Shown here: piece after piece, positions 11,620 through 25,699 of the stretch
Position numbering within the stretch: the stretch's first letter is position 1
Layout of the letters: the number at the start of each line of letters is the position of its first letter
Assembly (NCBI GenBank): GCA_038087875.1
Contig: CM075989.1
Coordinates: 12,586,001-12,650,000 of the forward strand
Direction of reading: 5' to 3'
Origin: Malacoraja senta
Taxonomy: Eukaryota
DNA: 64,000 bases
Notes under the pieces: model-generated
The model's input: only the letters and a program-made list of their open reading frames with translations
What the model was told of the DNA's origin: nothing
Database searches by the model: none
Translations under genes and position numbers: made by a program

Positions 11620-12390
11620 AGGTGCATTCTCACCAAGATCCTGTATAATAAGACATCTGTCTTCCAGTATTCAAACCATCTCATAATGAAGAATAACTTC
11701 CACTTGTCTTTCAAATTTCTTAACGTACCTGCGATTTGACCAACAAATTGTGCTTATCTAAAACCTTTTAAATATCAATTCTACCCAATAATTCATAAGT
11801 TAACAAATATTTTGCTTTCTTATTTTTGTTCACCAAAGTGGATGAGCTCTCATTTTTTCACATGATATTCTATCTGCCACACTCTTGCCTATTCACTCAG
11901 TCCACACCCCTTGAAGCCACTTTACATCTTCCTCCGCATTCATAATTACACCAAAGTTAGTATCAACAACAAACCTGGAAATGTGACATTTAATTCCCTC
12001 AGCCAATGTGTTGAGAATGATTATGAATACCCAGAGCTTAAGTATCAATCCTTGCAGTATCTCGTGTTTAAGAAGGAACTGCAGATGCTGGAAAATCGAA
12101 GGTAGACAAAAGTGCTGGAGAAACTCAGTGGGTGCAGCAGCATCTATGGAGCGAAGGAAATGTTTCGGCCCGAAACGTTGCCTATTTCCTTCGCTCCATA
12201 GATGCTGCCGCACCCGCTGAGTTTCTCCAGCACCTTTGTCTACCTTGCAGTATCTCATTGGTTACTGCTTGACCAGCTTGCGACGTATCAGTTTATTCCC
12301 ACTCTTTGCTTCCTGTTCAATAACCATTTCTTAGTCTGTGTCAGCTCATTATTCCCAATTTCACATGCTCCAACATGGTTAACCAATCCT
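11620..12390 (-). mobile_element. CR1 LINE fragment interrupted by a Penelope-derived insert
   Basis: Minus-strand GIKCHISRFVVDTNFG.. (CR1 RT SKFADDTK-like); CR1 sequence resumes after 12256. Confidence 0.7.
12064..12246. mobile_element. Penelope-derived palindromic non-autonomous element with TSD
   Basis: Arms about 12099-12160 and 12185-12246 are inverted. CCTTGCAGTATCTC is duplicated at 12050-12063 and 12243-12256. Same sequence as the 3' end of the PLE at 46708-47217. Confidence 0.85.
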
Positions 12391-12439
12391 CCGTGTGGGA
12401 CCTTTCCAGAAGTCTTTCTTATCTACTACCTCTTAAGTA

Positions 12440-12782
12440 TATAAAATTGAGAGGCATAGATCGGGCAGACAGTCAGAACCTTTTTCACGGGCTGGAAATG
12501 TCAATAAAGAGAGAACATAGATTTAAGATGGGAGGGGGAAAGTTTAAAGGTGACGTGCAGGGAAATGGTAGGTATCTGTAACATGCTGCCGGGGTGGTAG
12601 TGGAAGCAGATAAGATAGTGGCATTTAAGAGGCTTTTAGATAGGCACTTAGATATGCAGGGAATTAAGAGATATGGATCGCATGCAGGCAGAGGAGATTA
12701 GTTTAACTTGGGATAATATTTGGCACAAAGTGTGGGCTGATGGGCCCGTTCCTATGCTGTATTGTTCTCTGTTCTATGTTCT
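12440..12782 (+). mobile_element. CR1 LINE 3' fragment
   Basis: LRGIDRADSQNLF...REHRFKMGGGKFKGDVQG plus CR1 3' UTR and (TTCTATG)n tail. Confidence 0.8.
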
Positions 12783-14002
12783 TCTGTTATCATGCCCATC
12801 ATTATAGATTCCAGCCACTGACATTAGGCTTACAGGCTTTATCCTATTTTAGCTCCTGTTTTATCTCTTCTTTATTCCTTAAGTATTTGGCTCCAGACCA
12901 CATAAACCAATCCAGAATCTACAGAACTTTGAAAGATGATACCAAGAACATCCACTTTCTCTAAAGACACTTCTTTCAAAACTGAGATGTAGATCCTCAG
13001 CTCCTTGGGATTCATCAGCTATCAAGCTCAGCAATTTTCCCAGTGCTATTTTTTGACTGTTACTTAGTTATTTAATTTCCTCATTCCCACTAGACTCAAT
13101 TCTCTCATTTATCCAGCAAACTTTGCGGCATTCTTCCATAGTCAAAGAGTTGTTTAATGCATCTGCCATGTCATATCCATAATTCTGTCTCTGCAGGGTA
13201 CCACACATTCCCCTGTTGGCCATTTCCATTTAATGTACCTAATCTGTTTTTCACCAGTCTACTCTTGTATTCTGATTTTTTCTTTTTCTAATCTTTGGCC
13301 ATTCTTTGCTGAGTTCTGAAATGCACCTAATGCTTAGGCCTACTCTTTCTGGAATTTTATAAGCCTCGTTCTTTGATTTTAATACTATATTTAATTCCTC
13401 TGGTGAGTCATTGATGAACTAATTTTCATTTAATGCCTAAAATACTTATTTTTGGTAACTCGTTCATTATTATCCAAATGCCCACTGTCAGCTGAAGGGA
13501 AACTCTCCAAACAGAAAGTGAGCAGAGGTCATTGCATCCACTTATGTTCAATCTGACAACCTCCATGATAAACAGTAACTTCAATCTTTTTTACCCCACT
13601 CAGTACCAGCAGTATAAGCTAGTCACACTTAGAGTCTCAGTGCACATCATGGAACCTGGTGTCTGAGAATTGGTAAGCCACAAATAAAAGAGCTTGGCAA
13701 AATAGAATTGGGGATTGGAGGGATAGGAGAATTCACTCTCCTGAATTTGAGGAGTGACTGAATGCAAAGATCTGAACAAAATATTTTAAAAGTTAGATAG
13801 AGAGTGAATTTGGGGTTAGGAGAGTTAGAAATTAGGGATAGGGTTAAAGTTGGACAAGGGAGAGGTTGCTGAGGTGAAACGTGGGGATTTTGTGTAGGGA
13901 AGATGAAGATTAAAGCTGGGTACAGGGAAGTACAGTAGCCTGGAAATTGGAGGAATGGGCTGTGAGGGGTTGGGCTTATGTGGTAGGGCCAATCTTGCAT
14001 GT

Positions 14003-14200
14003 GAGGCACAGTGTCGCAGTGGTAGAGTTGCTGCCTTACAGCACCAGAGACCGTGGTTTGATCCTGACTACGGGTGCTGTCTGTATGGAGCTTGTAAGTT
14101 CTCTCTGTCACCGTGTAGGTTTTCTTCATGTGCTCTGGTTTCTACCCATATTCCAAAGGTGTACAGGTTTGTAGGTTAATTGGCTTTGGTAAGTTGTAAA
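14003..14200 (+). mobile_element. V-SINE, 3'-truncated
   Basis: tRNA head and V-domain; ends where the Rex1 fragment begins. Confidence 0.8.
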
Positions 14201-14214
14201 ACAGCCTTGTCCCC

Positions 14215-14848
14215 ATTTAATCGAAGATCTTTCCTCGACCCAGCACGCCGATGCAATTATAAAGAAGGCACATCAACGACTCTACTTCCTGAGAAGATTA
14301 CGGAGATGCGGCATATCGAAGAGGATTCTCCTAAACGTCTAGAGGTGCATGGTAGAGAGCATTCTGACTGGTTGCATCGTGGCCTGGATCGGCAACTTGA
14401 ATGCCCAGGAGCGAAAAAGACTATAAAAAGTTGTGACCACTGCCCAGTCCATCACCGGCTTTGACCTCCCCACTGTCGAAGGGATGTATCGTAGTCACTG
14501 CCTCAAAAAGGCAGCCAAAATCATCAAAGACCCACATCATCCTGGCCACACACTCATTTCACCACTGCCATCAGGAAGAAGACACAGGAGCCTGAAAACT
14601 GTAAGGTCCAGGTTTAGGAACAGCTTCTTCCCTACAGCCATCAGACTATTAAACACAACAACGAATAAGCTCTGAACTGCAAAAGACTATATTATTATTG
14701 CACTATATTTGTTATTTATTGAACTTTTTCTTTTATCTCTTCCCCTTTTATGTACTATGTTTACATAGTCACATCTTCTGTTGTGCTGCAGCAAGTAAGA
14801 ATTTCATTGACCCATTCGGGACATATGACAATAAAACACTCTTGATTA
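14215..14848 (+). mobile_element. Rex1/Babar-like LINE 3' fragment
   Basis: AQSITGFDLPTVEGMYRSHCLKKAAKIIKDPHHPGHTLISPLPSGRRHRSLKTVRSRFRNSFFPTAIRLLN; tail ATGACAATAAAA. Confidence 0.85.
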
Positions 14849-14875
14849 ATCCTCTGAGGATTAATCTTCAATTAG

Positions 14876-15182
14876 GATGGCACAGTGGCACAATGGTAGA
14901 GTTGCTGCCTTACAGCACCATAGACCAGGTTTGATCCTGACTACCGGTGCTGCCTATATGGAGCTTGTACGTTTTCCCTGTCACCGTGTGGGTTTTCTCT
15001 ATGTGCTCCGGTTTCCTCCCACACTCCAAAGATGTACAGGTTTGTAGGCTAATTGGGTTCGGTAAATTAAAAAATTGTCTCTAATGTGTAGGATGATGTT
15101 AGTGTACAGGGTGATCACTGATCGGCGCGTACCCGGTGGGCAAAAGGGACAGTTTCCGCGCTGTATCTCTAAAGTCTAAAAG
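14876..15182 (+). mobile_element. V-SINE, full length
   Basis: tRNA head, V-domain and ctaaagtctaaa tail. Confidence 0.85.
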
Positions 15183-15605
15183 TAGGTCAACATTTGGGCC
15201 ATGCGTCGGTGGGTGGGATTAGCTCTGGATATTGACAGATTGATAATTGAGAGCAGGGAGTGGATGAGAGGAGATTTTGTAGACTGGAAGTGGAGATGTG
15301 GGTCTAAATGATGAATGGAATTTGGAAGCTGGGAAGTAACAGTAAACAGTTTAATTAATAAGCCATTCAAATTGAAAATTATAGCATATAAGTAAATAAA
15401 CCATAGGAGGGACCACTCAGATGAAGGACAGCTGTCTAACGTCCCACTTCCCCAATGCTTTCTTGATTGGTACTGCGGGTGATTGTCTGGACAAACTTCC
15501 TGTCACCAATCGTGTTGCTTCAAAATAAACTAGTCATGGACAGAGAATCCAAACAAATGTTAAGCCAGTAATACACATAAACGAGGGATCTAAAGACTAT
15601 TTCAG

Positions 15606-15810
15606 TGTGTAGGAAGGAATACCAGATCCTGGTTTAAACTGAAGATAGACACAAAATGCTGGAGTAACTCAGCGGGACAGGCAGCATCTTTGGAGAGAAG
15701 GAATGGGTGACGTTTCCTCTGAAGAAGGGTCTCGACCTGAAACGTCACCCATTCCTTCTCTCCAGACATGTTGCCTGTCCCGCTGAGTTACTCCAGCATT
15801 TTGTGTCTAT
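15606..15810. mobile_element. Penelope-derived palindromic element with hammerhead core at 15719-15746
   Basis: Inverted arms of about 72 bp (about 15645-15716 and 15739-15810); core CUGAAGA-A-GGGUC(UC)GACCU-GAAA-CGUC. Confidence 0.85.
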
Positions 15811-16557
15811 AAAAGATGGGTGTGTTTGCTGCTTGCCAATGTAGCAGCTGTGGATCACTAGCCAAAAATGTGACAGTGCCATATTGCAGCTTCAGTAGCC
15901 TGAGAAATGGTGCTAGATGGATTAAAGTGGGTATATGTGTAAGAAGGTGAAAGCAGAATAGTCTATTTGACTCCCAGTATCCAATAAAAATAGAATTAGT
16001 GTGAATGAGAGCTCCAGATTCAGTCCTGTAGTGAATGAGTTCACCTTCATTACACACATAAAATGTAAATCACTGCTCCTATGTAGGTAGTTCTCAATAT
16101 GGACTGATGCCACACTTCATCTCTCTATTGTATTTGCTTAACCATAAAGACAAAATGTGGTGAATTGTGAGCAGCGTATAGTTTCCATTTATATATGGAC
16201 ATTTATTACAAACCCTCTGTTCTCTATTATAAACTTACTGAAATAGAGATGTGGGGGAAAAATTCTCATGTTTTTTACATTAAAAATTGTCAACTCTGCT
16301 TTATTTTTATTTTGCTGATCACTGAAGCTGTAAAACTATTTAAATATTGAATAGGAACAGGAAAACATTTTCCATACACAACACTACCAATGCAGTGTTA
16401 CCAAATGAAAGTACCCTTGTGGTTCAGCAGATAAATGTCATCAGTAAATGAGTGTCATTAACTGATCAAGATGGGGAAAGCTCCATTTGACTGCTGCGGC
16501 TTTTGTTGTGCAACCTGGTCACAAGTCGCCATATTAATGTAGTTCCTGCTATTATAA

Positions 16558-16830
<273 letters not shown>

Positions 16831-17257
16831 TAAGTGCAAGTAAAAGTTTCTTGTATTCTTTCAAAGTTCCTAATTACAATTTGGGTTATATTGTGTATAT
16901 ATGCAGATTGCAGTGATATTTTGTTTAGTAATCAGTCCCCTGTGCTCATGCAAAGTTGATGTTTTGTGTGGTGAGAATTACTGCACAATTTATTTGCAAC
17001 TCAGAAGAAAACAAAGGATGGTTAGTGCATAAACCAGTATCACAACAATATATTTCCACGGGTAATTTGAAGGATGTTGTGTATTGAATGGAAAGACCTT
17101 TGATTGAAATGAATATGACCAGAATAATTTGATATTGCAATATCAATTCACAGTTCAAAATATGAAATAACTTAATATTATGATTTCATACAGCCACACG
17201 ATTAATAGACATATCTCTAGAGCCTTAAATATTTAAAAGCTGTTTCTCAAGTTTTCA

Positions 17258-17464
17258 GAGTTTGTATGGTCACCCTGTGACCGCATGGGTTTTCTCCGAG
17301 TGCTCCGGTGTCCCCCCACATTCCAAAGGCGTCCATCTCTGTGTGTTAATTGTCTTCTATAAATTGTCTTGTGTGTAGGATGTAACGAGTGTACAGGGGA
17401 GCGTTGGTCAGCACGGACTCGGTGGGCCGAAGGGCCTGTTTCCATGCTGTATCAATAAGCTAAA
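17258..17464 (+). mobile_element. V-SINE, 5'-truncated
   Basis: V-domain and CR1-like tail only. Confidence 0.8.
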
Positions 17465-17970
17465 CAGATAGTTGCTTTTGGAAATGGGAATTAAATTTCA
17501 GTTTTGCACTCTTGAATGCTTTGCATTCAAATACCAAAGAAGATTATATAAATGAGAAAAAATTTAATCGTACAATGCATGAAAATAGTCCAGAGGGCAC
17601 CCTCTCCTGCTATTGCTTCTTGTGGATCCTGTCCTTAACAATAATATATAACATTGTGAATTATAAAAACTGACTTCAAAGTTTTTCAATCAAATGCTAC
17701 AATCAACATCATAAAACACTAAAGGCTAGCTTGTTATTAAACATTGGCATGTAAAAAACATTATAAGTGTCTTCAGATGTGTCACAATATTTATTTGTTT
17801 CTTTTTTCCTTTAATCCGTTTATGATACTAAAAGTATTGCCTGCATTAAAACTATGGCAAACAGAAAATGTTTGCTCAAGAATATACAGTGTATTCAGCA
17901 ATAATTGTATTATCCCACAGAGATACTCATTTTATTAGATTTTTCCAAATAATGCAATTTTTTTTAGTAA

Positions 17971-18168
<198 letters not shown>

Positions 18169-19496
18169 TAAAATTCCTTCACGTTTTGGTGTAATATGGC
18201 AGCAAACACAATGTGCCAAATAGCTTTCTTCTCTGTATTCTATGGTAACGGATTCTGTGCTTTTTCATGTCCACCAATAATATATTCAGTTTAATGTTTC
18301 ATTTGAAATGTGGCACCTCTAACAACTTAGCATTCCCAATGCAAAACATTAAAGTGTTAAGAGGCTGAGAGTTCTATTGAGAGACCATTGACCTAAAATA
18401 TTAACACTATTTATCTGCAGATACTGTCTGACTTACTGATAATTCCCAGCATTTTTACTTTTTTCTATTTTCAAAACGGATCTGACAAAATAATTTGGTA
18501 CAGTTTTTCCTGACCAAATGTATCTCTGGAACTGGACATGAGAGCTAGCAGGGGTAATATTTCATCATGGGTGGACACTGAGGTTCACAAAATCCAAACT
18601 TTGAATTAAATTCTGAGAATAAATTTGTCCAGCCAAAAAAGTACATGTGCATGCTATACTGAACAATGTAGTTCTATAAAGCTACGGTAATTCAGTTTCA
18701 GTGCAGAGCGTATGTGAATTCAGGAATTAAATTTGAAATGACAACAAGCTGCCGATATTACCTGTCAGAAAGCAGGCAAGTACTCTTCAATGACATAGAG
18801 TAGAATTGCTCCAGGAAAGTTTATTCAATTAGATTTTAATTAGTTTGTGGTATCAACAGTAATTGCTGGATCTACACAGTATGCCAGACAGGAAATGTGG
18901 CGATAAAAGCAAAGTTAACAATTCTGGTTAGGGGTCTTTCATTAGAACTGTTTTGCTGAACATTGTCAGCATTTCTTTCATTGTAAATTTTCAGCATCTT
19001 CAACATTGGCCTTTTATGAAATTGATAGAAAGTAATGGTATACAGAAGGCAAAGTACTTTTTATCCTTGCCATAGGTGAAAACAATTAGTAGATCTTAAA
19101 GTGATTCCTAAGATGAATAGATTTCTTGCTCACTTATTTGAGGCACCTTCTAAATGATTCTATGAGAAAAGTACAGTACGAGGTCACAACGATGCAACTG
19201 GATCAACATTGGATCTGAATATTTATTTAGGAAAGATTGGTGCATGGTGCCATGTTGAATAAATTACATTTTTGCTCAGTTAAAAACAACAAATTAAGCA
19301 CTGAGGAAACTGCACAACAAATTACTATTGTCAGCTCCAAGTTTATCATACCATTAGATTATTGATAAAATTTATGACGATCCATATTATTCCTTGGAAA
19401 GTATGGCATTGGAATGTATTGGAAGATTATTCAAATACCTTGACGATTCCGTAAAGTGTGCAACTGTAATGGAATTTTACTTTATCCTTTTTGTAG

Positions 19497-19634
<138 letters not shown>

Positions 19635-20189
19635 TAAGAACATTCTCAACATACCACACTGTTATGTCCTAGTGTAAGAAAAACACAATGATTTTTCCAA
19701 ATGCTCACAGAATGAGGAACCTTGCTGGTCTCAATACGATAATCACTAAAATGATTAGCTTGCTTGCTCATTTATTCTATCCAGGTTAAAATTGATGTGC
19801 CTGCTACCTCTGCTGTATGCATTACATTATCAGAAATACATGTAAGCGATGGAATGGTCCACCCCACCCCAATCCTCAGTTCAAAGGCATTGATCCCTCT
19901 GAAAATTAGAATGGGTCTATTTAAAGATATCTGAGCAAACTCTGTCATAAATAGTTCTGGAGTAATTGCCGAGAAAAAATATTTAACACTAATTGCATTG
20001 ATGGAAACCTGACCAGTGTTGCCTCAATAATAACTGAGTAATTTTGCGTGTAATAGTATTATGAAGGCAGCATTAGCACTCAACAGATCGGCATATTCGC
20101 CTGGCCTATGGAAGTTCTCATCATCCAACGGGGAATGCAAGAGAAAAAGGCAGGGTCAAGGTGTGATGACACAGGAATAATATTGTAAT

Positions 20190-21010
20190 TAAAAATTCAA
20201 TAAATTAATAACCGTAACCATAATAGTGCAAAGACCAAAGTCTGTAGTGCAACCAAAGGCACAGTTTATAGAAGATCATAGTTGCTCAGGTTAGTGTTGT
20301 GTAATGTTCAAGAGCCTGATGGTTGCTAAGAAGAAGCTGTTCTTGAAACCGGTGGTCACATTTTTCAGGCTCTTGTACCTTCTTCCCAATGGCAATAGCG
20401 AAATGAGATTGTGACTAGAGTGTGCATCTTTGATTATAATGGCTGCCTACTTGAGGCAGCACCTCCTATAGATCCCTTCGCTGGTGGGGAGGTCAAGACA
20501 ATGGGCATTTAAGTTGCTGAACCAGGTGGTGATTCAATTAGTCAGTATGTTCTCTATCATACACCTAAAGACGTTTGATATAGTATTCATTGCTATACTG
20601 AATCCCATCAATCTTCTAAGGAAGGAGAGGCATTGATGAGCTTTCTTTGTAATTGCATCAATGTGCTGGGCCCAGGACAGATGTTCAGCGATATGAATGC
20701 CCAGGAATTTGAAGCTGTTGACCCTCTCCACCGCCGCCCCGTGGATGAAGACAGGATTGTGGATTCCTGGCTTACCCTTCCTGAAGTCAATAATAAACTC
20801 CTTCATCTTGCTAACATTAACAATGTTCTGGCACCATTCAAAAATATTTTCATTTTCCCTCCTATTATCTCCTGTTTGATTCATCGTTAACTGTTATCCA
20901 TCCAACAACCGTGGTATTGTGAATGAATTTAAAGATGGTTGTTGGAACTGTATCTGGCTATGCAGCCATGGGTATAGAGATAGTAGAACAGTGGGACAGG
21001 CCCTTTATCA
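20190..21010 (-). mobile_element. Rex1/Babar-like LINE 3' fragment
   Basis: EWCQN..NVSKMKEFIIDFRK...VERVNSFKFLGIHIAEHLSWAQHIDAITKKAHQCLSFLRRL. Confidence 0.85.
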
Positions 21011-21109
21011 AGGTTGTAACTGGACTTCCAAAAGGATCCTGTACAGAACTTATCTTATGTTACCACAATCTTCTGACTTTCCCTTGCATGTTTTGCTAAT
21101 ATTATTAAC

Positions 21110-21530
21110 TATCAAGCCCACCAGCAGGCCGGGCTTTCCGCCGCCGACCGTGGACTCGCTCGCCACGGACGGAGGTCTCGCCAGTAGGCCAGGCACGCCC
21201 ACCGCGGACTCCGAACTATGCACTGAGCCACCGGCGTTGACGGGACCCACGCCACCAAGAGTGAGGTGGACAGTTGAGAGAGAGATGTACCGTACGTGGA
21301 CCCACGCCGATGAGAATGAAGGGGGGGGGCCGGTGGGAAGCCGCTGACAACTATGGAGGTCCACATGCGACAGCAGGCAGGCAGTGAACTTTTGAAACTT
21401 TGTCGCTGCCAAACACGTAGTGACTCTTGTGTACTGCCTGCTGTACGATTTTACCAGATTATATGCAAAACAAAGCATTTCACTGCTCCTATGTACATGT
21501 GACAATAAAGTATAATTCAATCATTGAATT
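21110..21530 (+). mobile_element. GC/CpG-rich short retroposon with LINE-type tail (unclassified)
   Basis: CpG-rich body ending in CATTTCACTG..GTACATGTGACAATAAAGT, the same tail type as at 11325-11370. Confidence 0.55.
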
Positions 21531-24109
21531 ATTATAACAAAATATTTCTGGAAAAAGTGAAGTGGTGTTCACCCGTACTGACAACTGTCTTTTTGGGCCT
21601 TGAAGAGTTAAAAACACCTTGAAGTAGTTTGGAGTTAACTGATTATTAGTGACAGTTAAATGATAATTCACACACTGGAAGAAGCCTAAGAGTTTTTCTT
21701 AGGCTGAGAAGCTGAGACAAAGCCGAGGTGTTACAGAGAGATGCATTTATATCAGTGCTTTCCATTATAGATTTAGATGTGTTTAGAATTTATAGTGGAA
21801 AAGAGTTTGATTTTAAAGTATGAAGGATGTGCACAACAAGAAGTATGGTTTACTAGTCAGAAAATGCAAACAGGCACAACATTTAATGTACCACAGAGGC
21901 ACTTTGTTCACTTTCATTGATGCATACTTCTTCATTTCTCTTGAAAAATAGTGACAACTCAGTTGTATTACCTGTCATGACACTCACAAGCCACTTAATT
22001 CAGAATCTGAAGGGTTTTTTCCATCTGTGACTTCTGTGTGTTCCTATGTAATGCTTGGTAGAATATTTGCCTGCAATTTAGTGTTGTGTCAAAATTCTGA
22101 CTGTAGAAAGGTTGTCGTTCATTATATCTACCAAGAGTGTGGAGATGGGAGTGTGGGTTTAAATTGTGTGGAGGTATAATGAGTGTAATGAAGCAGCAAT
22201 AGTTCCTGAGACTGAATAATTGTCCAGTCAGTTGAGCAAATACATTTTGATTTCTGTGATTCTGGGATCGGATGCTTATTGGGGATCAATGTCAATCGTC
22301 TATTACAGTCTTACTAAAATGATAGCATTCTGAGATGAAAGAGTTAATTATGAATGGCTGAAAATGTCCAGGGGTTGCACAGTTCTTGCAATATATTCAA
22401 CAGGAATTTTGTGAAAAATGTAATCATATTTGGGAATTATTATATAGGATCCTGTACATGCAATAATTTATTTGATTTTTTTCCACGAAGACATATCAGC
22501 CAGTATTTAATATTTCCATAAATTGCCTCATTAATTTTGTGAGCACCAACAGATTTAACCCAGCTGGACTGATAATTATAGATTGTTTTAATATTCCCTA
22601 CTGGCAATAATCCTACTCTCAGCAGTTGGAAAGCATCACCAGTGCATTCTCACCACTAAATGGAGCTACACGTAATCATATATTTATAATGTAATTGAAA
22701 TATGTCTAGCCTCTAATACTGTTGTATTAGATTTATGGTTTGTATGGAAAAAGATATTTAACTCACTAACAGAGTCCCTCAGTGACTATTTGTGGTGTTT
22801 AGAGTGAACTAAACATTTGTAATCTGTTTGAATAAATGAGTATGATGCCTTTAACAGTGCACAGAGAGGTAATGAGACATTATAGATCATTTGTCACTTT
22901 TCTGATTTGTTTGTGCCTGGTGTTTGTTTTCTGATGACAGAGTTAGAAGGGAAGAAAGGCTGAAAGCTGCCAACCTCTTCTTTTTATGTTTTTCACAAGT
23001 AATTTTCAAACCTGAAATGAGCTGTTGGCCAGAGCCCATTCCTCCAAATGCCTTCATCTCCACATCATCCTTTGCTGCACTAACCTATCCTAGATTTCAC
23101 CTATTTGATCTCACATTCCAGCCAGCCTTTTTTTTTTTTACAATCACTCCTACATATTAATCCTTCCCAACTGGGACAATTGACTGGATGCCTTTCAAAG
23201 CACAACCAGAGTGAGAAAACGGTGAAGAAACACCATCAGCAATCTTTCTAAAATTAAAGCAGGATTATTCTTACCAGACTTTGAAATTATATATTTTTTC
23301 TGGAATTTCTTGATCTGGTTTCTATGGATGCAGCTTGTTTCTTCACAGTTCCACCACAGAAGGCAGACGAGGTCAAACTCACTGCATGTGGTAGTAAAAA
23401 CTGCGCTTCCAACAAGGATCATTCGTTGCTTCTATGGATAGACAGCAGCGTGACTAAGTGGCATTTATTGTTACTATTGCGCCAGGGCATAATTTAATTT
23501 GGATTGTGGCTCTGAATATCAATTTGCCACATTAGGGTGATGCATATTAAAACTTAGACACCAGGTTTTTCCTGCATTCCATCAGGGGAAGATTGAATTG
23601 GGCATTTACTGTTGTAGCATTCCCACTATAATTTCAGTCCATTTCTCTGAGTCATTGCTTCTAATTCACAAATGAGCTCCCGGCAGGATACCCACTGCCC
23701 AGAGAAGCTCCCCCTCTCCAGGGCAGGAGAGGAGGTCAGATTCATGGGGTCAGACGTTTCATGAATGTTCATTTTCAGACTGACCCGAGTCAGTAAAAGG
23801 TCGAAGTTTAGGGCCTTTGCTCCCACATATGAAGAGACTGCTCTCCTGGTGATCCCACATGGCAGGTAGTCAGTGACAGAAAGCAAAAAAATCAGACAGA
23901 TTATCATCAGGCTCAAGCTTCTCTATGTTATTTACATATCAGGTTAAGCAGGAAATTAGGTCAGTGTTGGATAACAGATTTTCTACCCAATATTCTTTGT
24001 TGTCAGGAGTAGCACAAAGAAATATTCAATTTTATATTTCTTGGTGAATGACTTGCTGTAATTAATTTTGGAGATTAGGTGAAAGGGTTAACTAATCAAT
24101 GAGGACAGT

Positions 24110-24800
24110 GTTATGTTTATTCTCCTGCTTCCTTAGATCAACAACCAACTATTCCCTCCTGCTGGCATTAAGAGCTAGGTTGTTGATCTGACACCACGAC
24201 ACAAGATTTGGGATACTTTTCCTGTACTCTGTCTCATCATATTTGTTGATCTGGCTGCCAATGGTATCATTTGTGAACTTAAAGATTGAGTTGGCGCTGT
24301 ACTTGGCCACTCAGTCCTGGGTGTACAGGTAATAGGGAAGGGGATTGAGCACATTATACCCTGAGGAGCACCAGTATTGAGAATCAGGGTAGAGGAAATA
24401 TTATGACTAATTCTATCCAACTGAGGCCTCTGGTCAGAGGTTGAACAAACTTGGGTTGTTTTCTCTGAAGTGTCGGAGTCTGAGTAATGGCCATAAAATA
24501 ATGAGAGGCAGAGATAGGGTAGGTTAGTCAGAGTCTTTTTCCCAGGATGGAAATTATAAATGCTACAGGGCACAGCTTTAAGTTGAGTTGGAGAAATTTT
24601 AAAGTTTAAATTTGAGAGGCAAATTTTGTTTTATACAGAGTAGTAGGTGCTTGGAATGCAGTGCCAGGGAAGAAGACACACAAACATGCAGGAAAAATAG
24701 GGATATGCACCATATGCAGGCAGACAGGATTAACTTAATTTGGCATTAATGTTGGCACAGGCATGTTACTGATTTGTACCTTTCTATGTTTCTATGTTAA
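24110..24800. mobile_element. Rex1-like fragment (-, about 24110-24440) abutting a CR1 3' fragment (+, about 24440-24800)
   Basis: Minus strand ISSTLILNTGAPQG; plus strand CR1 3' end with (TTCTATG)n tail. Confidence 0.7.
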
Positions 24801-25699
24801 TCACATATTAAACAAATCATTTGGATGGAATATTTATTTTTTCCTAACTCAAGTCAACTGAGTTTATTGTCATGTGTCCCTGATAGGACAATGAAATTCT
24901 TGCTTTGCTTCAGCACAACAGCACAATAACTATGAAGGTTTTCACTGAAGTGGGTAAGGTCAGTTACAACTTGGTTATCAAATTTGCAGCTTCATGTTGA
25001 AGGGATCTATGTATAACTCCTTTGGAATAGAAAATCATTCCAGGGTTAAATACTTTTGTAAAGCTGGGTTAAAGGACGGTTTAGGAACAAATTGTAGGAA
25101 GCTTCAGCTTTTATCAAATTAAACATTTTTTTTTTTTAAATGTACAGTTCTGATATCTGATAATTTCTCAGCAGTGTCTGATAAAAAAAAAAGATTGGAA
25201 TAAAGTTAAATGCTTGGTATGGGCTAAATCTAATCCACAGTTGAATTTAGCTTGCCATAGTCAACTGCATGCCTTTGTTCTTCTTCCCTCACATAATCTC
25301 AACATAGATACATTCCAGATCACTATCATCATCGCATAAACTCTTCAGAGAAACAAGACACAACTCAGAGAGTTGTAATAAAGAAACTGTCAATGAGTCC
25401 AGACAGTGATGTGGCGGCACTGAAAATAGGAACTTGCAAGAAATTGTGTCTTTCTAGCAAATAAAAAATTGAATGAGTTTCAGATTGGTTTTAATACTTA
25501 ACTCATCCACTTTCATTTGCTCGAAGAATTTTTAATAGTTTTTATAAATGTTTAAGCTGTATTTGCAGTTCCCTTGTTCCAAGGCCTTGCTGGAAATTAA
25601 ATTGTTTTCAATAAACTTTTAATAAACAAAATTAAAGTATAGATGTTGATTATGCAGCAGACTTTCTTTATAGTCAGCAGTAGACAATCAGTCAATAAT

